A DNA stretch of 64,000 bases from Aplysia californica (taxonomy: Eukaryota), in contig NW_004797277.1 in assembly GCF_000002075.1 (NCBI RefSeq), positions 1,011,812 through 1,075,811 on the forward strand, written 5' to 3'. The translations under genes were made by a program, and so were the position numbers. The notes under the pieces were generated by a model. It was not told where the DNA came from. It saw only the letters and a program-made list of their open reading frames with translations, and made no database searches. Positions 14,353 to 29,400 of this stretch are shown here, one piece after another (the stretch's first letter is position 1; every line of letters starts with the position of its first letter).

Positions 14353-14469
14353 TTATTCTTGAGGGTTCTGCCCCCCAACCAGGCCAGAAGCAGTGTTCAG
14401 AAGGTTGATCGGGCTGTTACCATCAGTCAGCAAGACGCTCTCGAGGCCTAGACCTTTCAGCAAGTTCAC
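14353..14469 (-). CDS. MVP: MVP-like exon 25, cap ring and stop ([38 protein letters not shown])
   Basis: CAG acceptor, TAA at 14355..14353. Confidence 0.94.
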   Translation of the reverse strand: MNLLKGLGLESVLLTDGNSPINLLNTASGLVGGQNPQE

Positions 14470-17400
14470 CTGATGAGGTGAAAGGTTGAAATTTAAAAAA
14501 TCAATTTCAACTACTCATTGGGAAATTTTTTAAAAGCCAACTATGAAATTAAGGAAAGGGAAAAAGTAGGTTGAGTACTTCATACTGAATTAAAGAAAAA
14601 AAGAAAAAGAGGAAGTTAAAAGAAGGGAGCACTTGCCTTCAGGGTAAACTTCATACTTATGAAGTCACTTTCAAATAAGAAAAGAACAAGACCAAATCGT
14701 TTCTGCATAAATGACTTACACCTATAATATACTATTGCTGCAAACAAATTTGTAAACATTCAAAGAATGGCCAAAAAGGGTGAAATATCTGGGAAAAAAG
14801 GATGAAAAGATGATACCAACCTGACTTTCAGGTCCTGCATTTGCTATGGCAACAAGGGTATCAGTCCCAAGGGTTTGAACCATTTGACGGAACTTGTTAG
14901 TCTGCAATACAAGAATAAAATTTGGATACGATAAGAATATAAGGTAAAATACTGGTTTTTCCCATATACAACACTATTTAACTCACTGACTACTGTCATC
15001 GCAAAACTTGAGATGTTTTTTCACAATGCCTGACTACTGCCATTTCATTTGTTGCCACATCAAACTTCAGAATTGTTTTTCTAATACTGGCAACCCAACT
15101 GTCATGATGCGGACAGTGATCAAAGTTGTAACCATTCCCATTTCCATTAAATCAAAGTAGAAGTCTCTAACATGAAATGTTTCATTCAGATTTATGATTT
15201 TCTTGTTACTGTTACCCGTAACATTATCTGTGTGATAATGGGGGGGGGGGGGGGTTGACGGCGAGAAGTTAAACAGCATAATCCTACTTGCTGGCTCATT
15301 AAGCGCAGCAATGACAATGATATCCATCCACTAAAAAACAAAAATTTACCTTTATATGAAACTAGTGGCAGATCTTCGAGTCAAAATCTGTCACTTCAGT
15401 TAAATCAGTGAATAAAACTTCAGTTCAGCAAACCTCTGGCTCTAAATCTTGCAACGCACCTAGACCTACGGCAAATATATTTCATTTATTCCCTGCTAAC
15501 TATAGCTGTTTTAGTCCATTAGATTCAGAGACTAATAACAATAATAGTTTGTCCAATAATGTCCGACGAGGACAATGGTATATCCTCTTAATGTGTGTCA
15601 GTAACATATTCTTAGTCATGTAATGTTCGAAGAGGAATGAAACAAAGTGAAAAAAATTGAGGATAAATTAGGGTCAAATAAAGAAATTAAAGCCCCAAAA
15701 TTAATTATGATAACCCCTTTTTGATCATTTCAAAACAAACCATACTTGTATAGATATAGAACACCTTCTGTGAATGATTTTTTGAATAAGTATGGACAAA
15801 ATTAATGTTTTTAAAATACCTTTCATTTGACTAGTCACTAGGGGTCAATCCAGGAGAAAATTGCAGTTAGTCCGTGAATATCAAGACCAGGGAAGCTGGG
15901 CCTTATGGCGGGAGTTACGGGAAGCCATTAACAAAATGTCAATCATTCAAGGTCAGTTCCTTACGTGCCTTCAGTTTCAAACAGACCCCAAATGAATTTC
16001 TCTAAAATGGGAAAAATGATGAAAACTTTTTCCCACACCATTTAAAACAGGATACAAAGAATGAATATTGTCTAAAAGGCATACCTCAAGTTGTGCAAAT
16101 GCATTCTCTTTGCCAATGGTGATAGAGTTCATTTTCTTCTGATAGTCCAATGTTTGCCTCCGCAGCTGTGAATAAGATCAAAATAATATCATTAAAAACT
16201 ATTACTAAAGTTTTCAAAAGACAAAGTACGAGATTGTTTATTCCATATTGTCCTTCCTTCTTGTTAGGCAAACACTCACTTAAGTCCGCCTGCTCATAGC
16301 TCTCTTCGTGGTGTTTCCCAATGACAAAGAAGAGCAGTTAAAAAAAACTTATTTTTTTTTTTTTTTAAAACAAACACTTATAAAGGAAACATCTCTAAAA
16401 TAAACTTCTAATCAGCAGCTCTCTCACTCAACTTAATTTGTACTTCAACTGATTCCCACATTTAACGAGTAATATATTAACTAAATACCATATCAGACTG
16501 AATTATCATTTATCTAAATAACGCAGCACATAGGAGCAGAAATCTAATAAAATCCACACTGCCAGACTCTGACCTTATTCTCAAACTGTAGCTTGGCATC
16601 ATGCTCTATCTGTGAGGCTTCAGCCTTCAGTCTGGCAGCTAGAATGAGAAATACATACGGGTTACTTCAGGACAAGCAGTCTATCTAAACAAAATTCAAG
16701 CAGAAATGATTTATAAGATAATCAATCTTTTAAAACAAACACAAGAGGACGAAAACATAAATTCACACTCTGCATGTGTTTTCAATAAGACATAACGTTT
16801 GAGATTTGGGGATGTGGGCACCAAGAAAAGCACAGTGGAAATTGTCAACAAACGATGATTTGCCAGTTTGTAAAAACTAGCCAAATTATGCCATGTGAAA
16901 TTACTCCAAACCAAGCCGTGTACATAGGAAGGCAGGCCTTTAGTAATCTACCTATAAAGTGGCCCTAAGCAAGACAAATAACGATTTGGTTTCTATTGTA
17001 CATCCTTAAAAAGTTGTATTTCTATTTTAAAACAAACCATAAAACAACAGTCGTACCTGGAGGGGGTCAAGTACTTTCTGTAAATCACTGCAAAAAGAAG
17101 TAGATTATTTTGCACCAGTTACAACCAGTCTACTTTTATTTAATGACTCATCCCATTCAAGCATAGCCCCAGTGTGTAAAATCTTGGTGTAAAGAGGCAC
17201 GTACCATCAATCTGACTCTGGCACTCGATGAGGAATCTCTCAGCCTTGGCTTGAGCCTCAGCCTTGGCCTGTCCCGTGGATTCAACAGCTGATGCCAAGG
17301 CCCTCAGCTCGTACAATTTTGCCCTTTCTCGCTCAGACTCTTTCTCCGTTACCAAAATTTGTCTCTCCAGGTGCCCTTTGGCAATCTGTTCTTCCCTTTG

Positions 17401-20400
17401 AGCTTCATGTGATGCAGCTGCTTCAATAGAACTGGGTTGGAAAAATACAAAAATGCTTTTGTTCTTCGGCGCTGGCAAATTTCTAATAGGCTACTAAATT
17501 TATTTATATTTCATTTTGATCTTTCACAGTTGAAAAGTATTATCAATGAGGAAATAAACAGCAAAAATGTACAACTCTGGACAAAACATATCATCTGAAT
17601 AATACATAAAAATCAACATCAGTGTTCTTATAGTTTTGCCTCTTAAATTGAAACACAAGGAGGGCTGGTTGCAGGAGAAAAGTTGCAGGAGAAAAGATAC
17701 TAAGACAAGGTAATGAGATACACTTGATCCCACCAAGTAATTTCCTACAAAAGCCCAATAACAATTATTAATACAGCATTGAAGGCCACTTTAGGTCACA
17801 TCATTATCAAACAAAGGGGCACAATACTTTCAAATTTATCGGCCCTACCCTTACCAAAATGTCACATTTATTTCGGTGTATCATCTCTGCCTTCCATTAT
17901 CATTATCTACTTTTTCCCTTTATTATTATGTAAAACCACTCAAGGAATCTCCCCCCCCCCCCCCTTTAACCCTAGCCTACTAACCAAAGAGATCTCTACA
18001 TTTGTTTCAGAAAAATGTATTCGATACTAATGCACAAATCCTTCCAAAACACAACTGAACAATAAATAAAGCTATTTTTAAGTGCAAATTTTTCTTTACT
18101 TGTGAACCTTCTCACTGACACAAATCACTGCTGAAAAGAGTTAGAAAACAATTTTTAAAAAGTCCTACTGAACTCACTTTGTAGCAATTTCAATAGCAAG
18201 CTGCACTGATTTGCTCAAACTGTCTCTCATCTTGGCATCAGAGGGTTCAATGCTCTGAACATCAATGCCACTGATAACCTAGTGAAGAAATAACCAATCA
18301 CACACAGAACATGAAAAGGAGTAAAACTCATGGGCCTCAACTCAGAATTTTAAAAAAGGAGGAACTTTCCTCGTGATCGTGACAGAAGACCATTTTTGCG
18401 AGACACCCATTATCATTATACTGTAAAACCCTAGAATGCTGAAAAAACCCCCACCAATTTATCAAAGCAAGGTTATTTCATACCAATTTGAGGGTATGGA
18501 AGATGATTTCAAGTAAAAGAGTAGCAGTAACTGAGTTTAGCGGAGGAAATGGTGGTAGCGGGAATCCACTAAATAGCAGAATATTGAGACCCATAAAAAC
18601 TAAACGGCAGAGGATGGTGGGAGGGGGAGAGGGATGGGGAGAAACAAGTTGATTAAAGACAAAATGACACAATGAGGACAGTGTTGACAACAAAGTAAAG
18701 AATGTTCCCTTGGACCTATGAACAAATTTCTCATTTATTTAAGATCTTGATCCCCTTGGGCAGGTCCCCCAGCATAAATCATTTTAAAAAGTGGTCAGCC
18801 ATCTTCAACATATTCAAGATTTCGATCATTTGAATTGACACCCCCATCCCCAACCCCCCATACATATCTTTGCCCAACCTATTTTCCACGCACTTCAAAA
18901 TGAGATGCACTTTAACAATCATCAACATACAGTAGTAAGTTATAACAAAGGGTGGGACAAAAATCTGTGGATGGGGATAAATGGAAACGACACAGAGCGT
19001 GTTATTCAGGCCAGTTGTTGCTGTTGTTGTTGTTGTTATCGATCCAGCAACATCTGGGCTCTCGCCCTTCTGTCCAATGCCATGTAGTGATAAGTGCAGG
19101 TTTGCTGCAGTTGCTGTAATGTTCCGTAGAGTGTGTTGTCGAAGTTAGGTCTCGGAGGGAGAAGGGTAGCTCTGATGTCATTTAGGGCTGTACAGTGGAA
19201 AAGGTGATGTTCCACTGTCTCATATGCATGGTCACACAAAGGACACATTGGGGGAAGTTCTGGTTTTATTCTGTTTAAGTGAAAGTTGAGCTGTATATGT
19301 TCTGTTCGTAGGCGGAAGATCGTGGTCTGTTTCTTTCTCTGTAGGTGGTTGATATTGTCATTTCGTTTTGTTGTAGTCATATGTTTGAAAACTGCTCTGC
19401 CCGTCTTTCCCAAGGCCCATCTGTTCATCCAATCTTGTTTGCTGTTGCTTTTAATGATTTGTTTTGCAGTGTGGTATGAAGTTGGAATGTTGGTTGTTCC
19501 TGTCTAGATCCCCTTTTGGCGAGTGTGTCTGCTCTGTCATTTCCAGGTATGTTTGAGTGTCCGGGAATCCACTGCATCACCAGGTTGACGCCACAGAATG
19601 TTATCAGATGATGGGAGCCAAACAGTATATGTGTCAAGTCTTCATTTAGATGGTGATAATTTTCTATTGCTTGCAAGACTGATAATGAGTCAGTGAAGAT
19701 CACTATACTCTGGGTTTTGTTTGGATGAGTGTCAAAAACTGTGCGGAGATGGTATAGTGCTGTTTCAATTGCTATCATTTCTGCGTCGTAGTTGTTGCAT
19801 TTCTCTCCACAGGCTGCAGAGATCTCATTGGAACTTCCATCTGGGTATTGTATTAGTATTCCATATCCGGCTTTGGTTGTGCCTTTGAATGCTGAGCCGT
19901 CTGTATAGACCTGTATCCAGTCATCTGAATAGCTGTCGATTGTTTGGTGTGAAAGCATCAACTTCACTGGGTCTGAAGATTTTGTGCTATTGTCTCTAAG
20001 AGAAGTTTTAATGATTGGTTTTTCCATAGAAAAGTGAGGAGGGATGTTTTGGTTGACTCTTTTGGTTTCTCTTCTATTTTGTGGTAGGTGGTGGCTCTCC
20101 ATTAGTTCTGTGATGCGATGCATGACTGATTTTTGTTGAAGTCGTTTCTTTGGTTTCCATGTTTCTACTAATTTCCTGTTTGGGTGGTTGGGGCACATTC
20201 TTTTGGTTCTTTCATGAAGCTCCAAAACTGTTTTATCTCTGCGTATTCCCAGGGGTTCAACATTTGACAGAATTTCACATGCGGCAGTAGGTGTAGATCT
20301 CATGCCACCATTAATGAAACGAAGGGCATTATTTTGGACCTTGTCAAGGGTATTGCAAGTAGTTGCACTACACGTAGTGAGTAGGCTATTGCTGTATTCC

Positions 20401-23400
20401 AGGGAAGATCGGACATAACCAAGGTATAGAGCTCTCAGAATTTGTTTGTCTGATCCCCATGAACTGCTCGCAAGTTTCTTTAAAAGTTGGAGTCTTCTTT
20501 TCGCCTTGTTCTTTATGCTCTCCACTTGGCTTTTCATTGTTAGACTTTGGTCAAGTTTGACTCCTAGATACGTTGGTTGTTCTTCTTTGGGGAGATTTTC
20601 ATTTCCTATCTTCAGTTGGAGTTTTTCTTTGGCTATTTTATGGCTCTTTGTAAAGATGGTGTATACTGTTGTCGAGCAGTTTATTTTGAGCTTCCATTTC
20701 TGACAGTAATTGTGGAGCCTCTTGAGGTCTTCATTTAATTTTCCTGCTCCTACTACCGTGCTGCGATGTGTCTGCCAGAGAGCAAGATCATCAGCGTAGA
20801 GAGTCTTTTCTGATTTCAACACGTTCGTCACATCATTAATGAAGATCAGGAACAAAGTGCAACTCGGAGAGGAACCTTGGGGTAGGCCCTCCTCGAGTAC
20901 TTCTCTTGATGAGTGGGCATTGTTCAGGCCAGTAGGAGTTAAGATTATATCAATAACTCCACTTGCCCAAACATTGACAAGCGACTGATTTCACAGCACC
21001 ATGACACATATGAGGAGTGAAATCCTGACTCTTCATGAAGGGAAACATTGTATCATCACTCTCTTCAAAAACCTTCAATACTTCTACAAACCAATCAGTA
21101 GTCTAATAAATATATTTTCATTCCCATTTCTTTTGTACAAACATACAGCAGTGCAAGTGGACTTGATACATCATCATCATCATCCAGTGCCTTGCCGACT
21201 GGATTGGGCGATCATGGACCTCCACTTCACTCTGTCTTGTGTTGCAGCAATGGTGTCTGTTGTTCTTGCTGCTCCCAGCCATGTTGTCATCTTGTCCAGT
21301 ATCTTTTCCCTCTATCAGCCTCTGCCTCTCTTTCCACCAAACTTGCCTGTTGTTACAATATTCTCCAATGCTTCTTTCCGCATTGTGTGTCCAAAGAAAT
21401 TTGCCTGTCGCTTTATACATATTCATGAAAAAAAAAAGGTGTGGTTAGACCTCTTGGGTCCTTTTACATGCAGTATGACTCACCAGATTGTTCACATCAA
21501 ATCTCAAAGACTGCTGCTTCCCAAACACTGCTGCTTGTATGAGCTGGGCAGAGTGGCGGTGGAACTCGTCAAAAGTAATCAATGCAACCGAGGCACGGAT
21601 ACGGCTAGCTGAAGAGGCATAAAAAAGGTCACACTGTACACTCTATTCAATGAGTCTGAGATGTCTCTAATAATGGCATATCAAAACACTGAGTACAAAA
21701 AATCCTTAGAAATAAAAAATAAAACAAAAACAAAAAACTATATACTCTGCAGATATCATTACCAGTCCGACATAGTACAATTTTAGTACAAACCAAAGAT
21801 GACACAAAACAACATTATTTGTGAATCTACTTTGCTGGGATTGCTAGAAAAAGAAGTTTAAGAAAAAAACAGCAACCCAAAACTATTCTACTACACAGCT
21901 AAGAGCCATCAACCAATATTTTAGGAAAAATTATACCCTAAAATTGCACAAAAACAATTCTTTTAAAAAAGAGTCATCCAAAGCTAGATTTAATTGTAAG
22001 ATTGATGAATGCTAAATATTGCAACATCATTTCTTTAAAACTACTCATCATTTCTCATTTAGTAGAGGTTTTACGGCGCTCGCAGCTGCATAAGGTCATA
22101 TGAGCGCCAATCATCATTTCTGATTTTAAAAAACCAAAACAAGTACACTGTCAATGTTGCCAAACTTCAGATAGCTTGTAAAATTACCTATCTGACGACA
22201 GGCAAATCCGATGAAATCAGGCACTGAAAATATTTTGCGAGTACTCTCCAGGTCTGTTTTGTCCACCTTAAAAACACAGAGAGAGTAGAAAGACATTTTA
22301 ACACATAAATTTGAGTATAGAAATGTTCATGCTGAAAAAAATGTGTCCAGTTTTATTAAAGCAATGGGCATCGCTGATTATTCTTTAAAAAATGAAACGA
22401 GACATTTTTAATGGATGCAAACTTAAGTTTTAAATCTCTTTTACAATGCTCTGGAACTTCACTTTTGTTTTCAAGGACAGACGGAAAAAAAGAGCATATT
22501 GAACTATTTTCCCAATTCAGTCTATTGTATTTATCAAAAAACATACCAAACAGAGATATATTGAAAAGGATATAGATTACGATTTGAAAATACAACAAGA
22601 CACATTTTTACAAACTTTATTAAAATTTTTATTATTGCAAACAAGGTAATAATAGTTTTACCATTATAAGAAATTGTATCTACTCCTTCAGCTAGATCTT
22701 AGGGTAAGTAAGAATAGAATGTCAACCTGGGTGTTACTAATTTGTTTTCCTACAAGAACAAAGAGTCCTTCACCTTTCAGAGTGCTAAATGCCATTCCCA
22801 AAGGTTTTTTTACTTATTTGTACCAAAGAGTATTTCTTCTCCTCCGACTAAGGATGAACTTGGAATTACAAGTGCTTTTCCCTTCCTTTAACATTCAAGT
22901 ACCAAGGAGTTTGTAAAATATATACAAACTGTAAAACTTTTGGCCTGCTACATCCTTCCCTATCTATTTTAACCAAGGGAGGAAACCTGCATAGAAAACT
23001 AACTCATCTTCAGCTGCACAGTGGTGATCAGCAATGGCATGTTTGTGAAACTGTTCTGTATTGGTGTGATATTGTGTATTTATGTATAAATTCAAATGTG
23101 CATTTATGTATCTATTTCTTATTATGTATTTACGTATGGGTGTTTGCCATTGTAACCCAAATTTCCCTACGTGTATCAATAAAATGTAATTTATTTTCTT
23201 TCTATTTAAACACCACTGTACTAATCTTTAGCAGAACCTGCTTCTTTGGAATAGTAGGTGTGCACAGTGCATATATCTCCACACTACCAAGCTCGTCAGT
23301 CAGCATCTACATTACTTACATCAAAATAGTTGTTAAAGGCAAGGCGAATACGCAATCTGGCATGATCAGAAGTCTCCACCTGAAAAAGACGTACATAAGA

Positions 23401-26400
23401 GAAAATGGTCACAATATATGCATTCTTTTCTTATATATACAATAAGTTGGTAATCTGTTCAGAAGATAGTTCTGCCACGATCAAATGATTATAAAGGACT
23501 CCGCTCAACTATTTCGATTATGCTGCAGCATGAAAACAAACAAGATGAAAGTTTACCAAACATCTATCGTCCTTATCTCCCCTCCTTCTTTTTTATGTTT
23601 TATGTTACTCTCTTGTAACAGCTCTAATCTTCTGGCGCTCATATGACCTTATGCATTTGTGAGCGCCGTAAAACCTCTACTAAAACTAAAAAATACAAGA
23701 TGAATAATTAGGAAATAAGTGATGAAGATAAAATGTGACAGGTTCTTACCTCAATAACGTCAGTAATGAAATCTGGACCAAGCATGAGGCACAATGATTT
23801 CAGTGCATTGGGCAGCTTTGGTTTGCCAGCTGCATAAACAATAAGAAAAGAGAGAATTATGTCAAGTTCTTAGGTTCTGCAAGGTTCTCAACCACAGCTA
23901 GAGCTGAGCACCATAAAGAATTTCATTTACAGTTTGATCTTGACTTAAGCTATACATTTTGATAAATGCAGTTATCTTTGTGTTTTCTTTTAGTTTAATT
24001 CCAGAGCAGCAAAATCAGTTCGGCACAATATGGTGAAAAGGCTACGACAAAGTGAAAAAAAAATCTAAACAGGACAAAAAAGCAAAACATAAAAAATTGT
24101 GCAGAATTTTCCAATTAATACACAATGGGATCACAATGAACACCAAATTAAAATAAAGTATTAACTAAAACATCCCCATAAAAATGATACTCAACCTCAT
24201 CAGCAATGGGAATGCATGAAAAGCTTGATGTAAAGATCCTTATACAATAGGAAATTCAGGAAGTAAGAATGACTAATAATAATTTTGAGATGTCCAAGAA
24301 AAGCTAAATAATCAAAAATGAGTTGTAGTTCTGATACCAATGAGAGTGATATGTCCTTACCAAGTCACAATGCTGTATGTACCCCATGGGAAATGATTGT
24401 AAATTGATGTAATAAATACTTGATAAAGAGAATCAGTGCTAAGTTATGTGAGCCAGTCCTGGATCGGAAAAGTAAAAAGTATGTGAGCCAGTCAACTGAA
24501 TGGATGTATGAATAAAAATGTTCCTATGTCATTTTTTAAAAACTCCCTGGAAAACAAATAATGTGAGAGAAGTTAAAAGGACATGCATGAAGAAAAGAAT
24601 GACATGTTTGTTCTTTACCGCTCAGACTCAAAACGTTAAAGTTTTCATGAGGCCCCAAAACAACGAGATCGGGTCCAAAGATCACTCGTGCTGTCTTCTG
24701 CAGGTAGTCGTAAACCTGCACAGCTGTATTGCTGGGACATCTGTAAGTGACAACCTTCGTTTTGTCCCGTCCCTGAATGGCAGTAGAAAACAATACAGTT
24801 TGTTAACACCCTGAGGTAGAGTAGGAGATGAAAGCTAAAAGAAAATAATTTCTTTAAACATTATTTAAGCAATTGAATGCCAACAAATAAAGCTATTCCT
24901 GCTTATTCTATTGTTGTTTCCTCTTAGTGTTGAAATACCAATGTACTTGATCCCATTATTACAGCAAATGATATGAATGAGATCATTAACATAGCACCCA
25001 TAAAAGGTAGCGGGACAAAACAAACAAAACAAATAAAAATGGTTTAAAGTTTTATATCTCTTCACAAAAACAATGTCAATGTTGCCCTATAGAGGACCAA
25101 AAAGACTGTATCAAGTCTAATCTTTTTTTGTTATTTTGTAAAATAAGATTACAAATTCAGCATCCATTCACATGAATATTTCTGTAACAACCAACAAATC
25201 GAGTCCTGCTGATCACAGAAGTAACTAAATACTTTTTAAAATATTTCAATATCAATACTGACTTTCTGGAACCCTGAGAGGGATTTTCTTTTTAAGATGG
25301 CTTTTATGAACTATAATGATAATGTTTTTTCTAGGTGATATAGTATCCCAATACAGTTTTACTTGCTGATGAGTGAAAGTTTATCTTGAGTCCACACAAA
25401 ATGGCCAGGGGTCGCAGTGAACAGATTAGAATAATATTTCACAAAAGAGTAGATCACATCAGAGCCCTACCTACCACCCTCTACTAGAGCTTTACTCCAA
25501 AGCAAATCCTAGATAAGATATAAAAATAAATGAACACTTGAGAAGTGCTTTGTTACTTTCATGAACTTAAAGAGAAAGCAGGAATCTGTATCTTTAGCAT
25601 TTGCTTGAGCTCAACACCTAAAGAGACACAAACAACTCATATCAAATGAAGACCAACTGGCCAATAGAGCAGAACAGTGGAGAAGAAAGAAAAAAAATAA
25701 TGGCTTAATGACTATTGGGCAGTTATTCCACTATCAGAGAGGTTACATGTCTGGCTGGCATGACGTGAGTCTATTTGCTATTTCCCAAACCCATCGTAAA
25801 CGTATCCTTACCTCAGCGTTCATTGGGTCAATAGACTGCTCATAGTAAGCAAGCTTCCTGATATCACCCTCTCCAGAGCCACCACCATGTCTGTAAGATC
25901 AAGAAAAGGAGCTTTTTTGCTGTCCTGCATGTTTAGCCACAACTTCTTTATCAAGATGATGTCAACCATGGGGCAGTTTTATTTTTGTTATGAGGTGTCT
26001 TAGAAAATAAAGTCAACAGATTCTTCATCATAAGCTCAAAATAACTTAGATGAAGAAACTTAAGCATTTACACTTACATATTTGTCAAATGTTAAATTGG
26101 CAAAACACATGGCAGCACAGTGAAATCAGGTGCTTGTCAAAATAATGTAGTCAGAGAATCAGACATTTTTGCCCCCTCTTGGGCAATTTTAACCATTTTT
26201 TTCCCCTTTGACTTTTCACATTTTACATGTATAAAGTCACATTTCTGTGTGAATTTAAAGGAAAAAATTTTGATCAAGGCACCAAAAAAGCTCTTTTAAA
26301 TCAATAAACTTTGGCGGCCATTTTCTCAGTAATATAACATTTAACACCAGGAGACTAACCTCCTTCAATCACAAATACCTGGACTTCAATTCAAGACAAG

Positions 26401-29400
26401 ATAGGTATTTTTTTCATCAAAAGCAAGACAAATGAACAAGTTTTAAGATTATACAACCGACTCCATATGCCCAAAAATTGATGAGTGCCTGATTACACCG
26501 CGTCATGACACATTTTTACAGTCTATCTTGTTTAAGTTGACCATCTATTATTGAGGAGAAAAGTGGTCATCTTAGACAGCTGGTTCTCCTGGAGAGTGTC
26601 ATTATAATATAGATAACAGATACTGGGGGGGGGGGGGGGGGGAGTGGAAAGTGGTTGTTTGAACAGATGATTGTCATGGACAGGTGGTCTTTGAGTGAGC
26701 AGATTTGACTGTAGTCTGTAGAAACTGTGAAGTCGCCAGTTCAAAAGTTGTACCTGAGTAGGTTTTCTGTTTCATTACTAAGTTCCTTCTGCCAAAGGTC
26801 CTCCGTGGCAGTCAGCATGTAAGCACAGGGGCCCATCACCAAGCGAACCTGACAATCAAAATAATATACACTTATAGAAAAAGAATGAAAAAGGAAGTAC
26901 CTTTATCCCTGAGGATAGATTTGTTATGTTTTAGTAAGACTTTAAGGCACTTGCAACGAGAATGGGTCATACAAGTGCCAGAGATTAGAGGTGTTAGTTA
27001 CAAGGGAGTAACAAACACAGAAAAGAAGGAGAGATAAGGGGGATAGATATCTGACGGATAAGGAGGAGCAAACCACACTAGAGCACCCGCCAACCACCCA
27101 CAAAGGCTTGTTGATTTTTTACAAAATAAACATAACACTGTATATTTGAAAACAATTTCTAAAAAGCACAGTTGGTCTCTGGAGGACAGCAAGTTTTTAG
27201 TAAAAATTTTTTATTTATTTATTTATGTATTTATTATTTGTTTGTTTTTGTTTTTTTGGGGGGTGGGGTAAGGAGCCAGAGGACACATCTAGTGGGTACC
27301 ACCCAAAAGGCTATGATGACATCAATGTCTACACAAAGCATGGTCATTTAATCACTATTCACTCCTCCATTAAAACCGGAGTAAACTTCTCCATGCGACC
27401 CTCCTTATATTCAAATATGCAAGAAAGAGTGAGAGGTAAAGACAACAAACTAACATGAATAGTTTCAATAAAAGAAGCAAACTTAAAACACAAGATTAAC
27501 CAGGTAGAAGGACATAATAAAGCTAATTATAAGATTAAAAATACTGTATAGAATCAAACTAACCATTTCAACTCCAGGTGTGTATGAAAATACCACATTA
27601 CTCCTATCAAACAAGAGTATATATCGAGAAAAAGCATAAAAAACTAACTCACCCTTCCTGAATGTGCGTCTTGAATATACACTCCTTCATTTTTGCTCAG
27701 TGGAATTTTTTTCCTGAAAAAAAAAAGTTTGCAAAATGTGTTAATAACCTGATGAGGCTGAAGAAACTAAAAGTAACCAAAGTCAAGAAGTACATCGAAT
27801 TCCTTAATCTATGTTTCAGAGGTCAACTGATATTTTCCATGACTTGACGCTGGTCCACTTTATTTGAAAGATGCAGTATAAATATGCAGGGTTTTTCAAG
27901 ATTCAAACCATAGTTCATTTTTTCATTGCCCACCAGCAAGAAAAACTACCAAACTAGTTCCCATTATAAATGTTCTTTAAGAAATGTGTTATCTTAAAGT
28001 TTAACTATGTGTCTTCTATGATTATACGATGTAAGTATCTTCACAACACAAAAAAGCCATATTTTGAGGTATTTAAGACAGTGCAAATTTTACAGATAGC
28101 CGTAAATGTTCGTTCTGAAGTAAGTATAACAACATGTACCTCTGCTTAACAATTTTCACATGGATTGGTGGTATGTAGATCATTGGGCCTTTGATGAGCC
28201 ATTTGTCACCTGGTTCACGCTTCACTTTTGCTGGAAAGGGAAACACAAACATTTAATATCAGCTTGAAAGAGGAAGCATGCAGAACAGATCCCTAGTTGT
28301 TTTCTACTTCACTTTCATGTGTAAGCCTTTAAGTCAAGAATAAATCATTTCAACTCCACTATACATCCTCAGCATAAAACCCATACATCTGTAAACATAA
28401 TTTACTTTTCTTCAGTACTTACAATAGGATAACATCCTTCAGGAAAAAACTACGACATTTTGAAGGCCTGTTCCATGCTGTAGGGTTTATGGATCTATAT
28501 TCTTAGTATTAAAAAACTATCTGTCAACAGACTGACATAAAAAACAACTGGATAGAAGGCTGTAAGTATAATCAAAATTGTCCATGACAGCCATCCATTG
28601 TCGAGGAGAAAATTAGTTGCCTTAGACAGGTACAGTACAGTGTCATGATTTAAAAAGAAACACAAGGGGTGAAGTGGGACGTGATGGGCTGTACAGGTGA
28701 TCGTCTTGGACATGTGGCCGTTAGAACAGGTTCAACTGCATAGGGAAAAGAAGCCAGCCCTTAGTAGGGAAGATGTGGTGTAGGAGTGACACAGCTCCTC
28801 AAACAGTGTTGATTCTCAAGATGGCGTACAGCATACTAGTATCCCCACCAACACACAGATTGGACTGAGCTGTCTTGAAAAATGTAAATGACACAAGCAT
28901 TAAAGAAATTACAGTTCTTCATCAACCCTCAAGTCTCACTTTCGTTGCATAGCGAATGAACAAACAGAAGACCAACCTTCACCCACAGTATCAATAAATT
29001 TGTCCAAAGCTTGAAGGACAACAGAATCATCCTCAGACAGCACTCTTGCATCTTGGATCTTGCCAAATTCAAGTTTTTCACCTGAGGTGAGGAATGTAAC
29101 AAATGATAGAGTCAAAATGGTCGGACAGCCACCCATTGTCGAATAGAAAAGTGTCTGTCTTACACAGGTGACCGTCTTACCCAGTGCCCTTATAATGTAA
29201 AAAAATAACTTTGGTGTGTGTGTGNNNNNNNNNNNNNNNNNNNNNNNNNNNNNNNNNNNNNNNNNNNNNNNNNNNNNNNNNNNNNNNNNNNNNNNNNNNN
29301 NNNNNNNNNNNNNNNNNNNNNNNNNNNNNNNNNNNNNNNNNNNNNNNNNNNNNNNNNNNNNNNNNNNNNNNNNNNNNNNNNNNNNNNNNNNNNNNNNNNN

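Noticed and set aside
14068-14451. 127-aa plus-strand ORF with a 22-aa repeat
   Set aside because: Antisense to the MVP-like last exon and 3' UTR; stays open because the 66-bp unit is a multiple of 3; non-ATG start.
21001-21612. 203-aa plus-strand ORF
   Set aside because: A chance patchwork of intron, antisense RTE tail and antisense exon 19.
25557-25617. Possible poison exon in MVP intron 14
   Set aside because: Only AG/GT dinucleotides with a weak donor; exons 14 and 15 already join in frame.
27749-27775. CTGATGA...GAAA hammerhead-like cores (also 14470 and 25366)
   Set aside because: No supporting helices could be formed.
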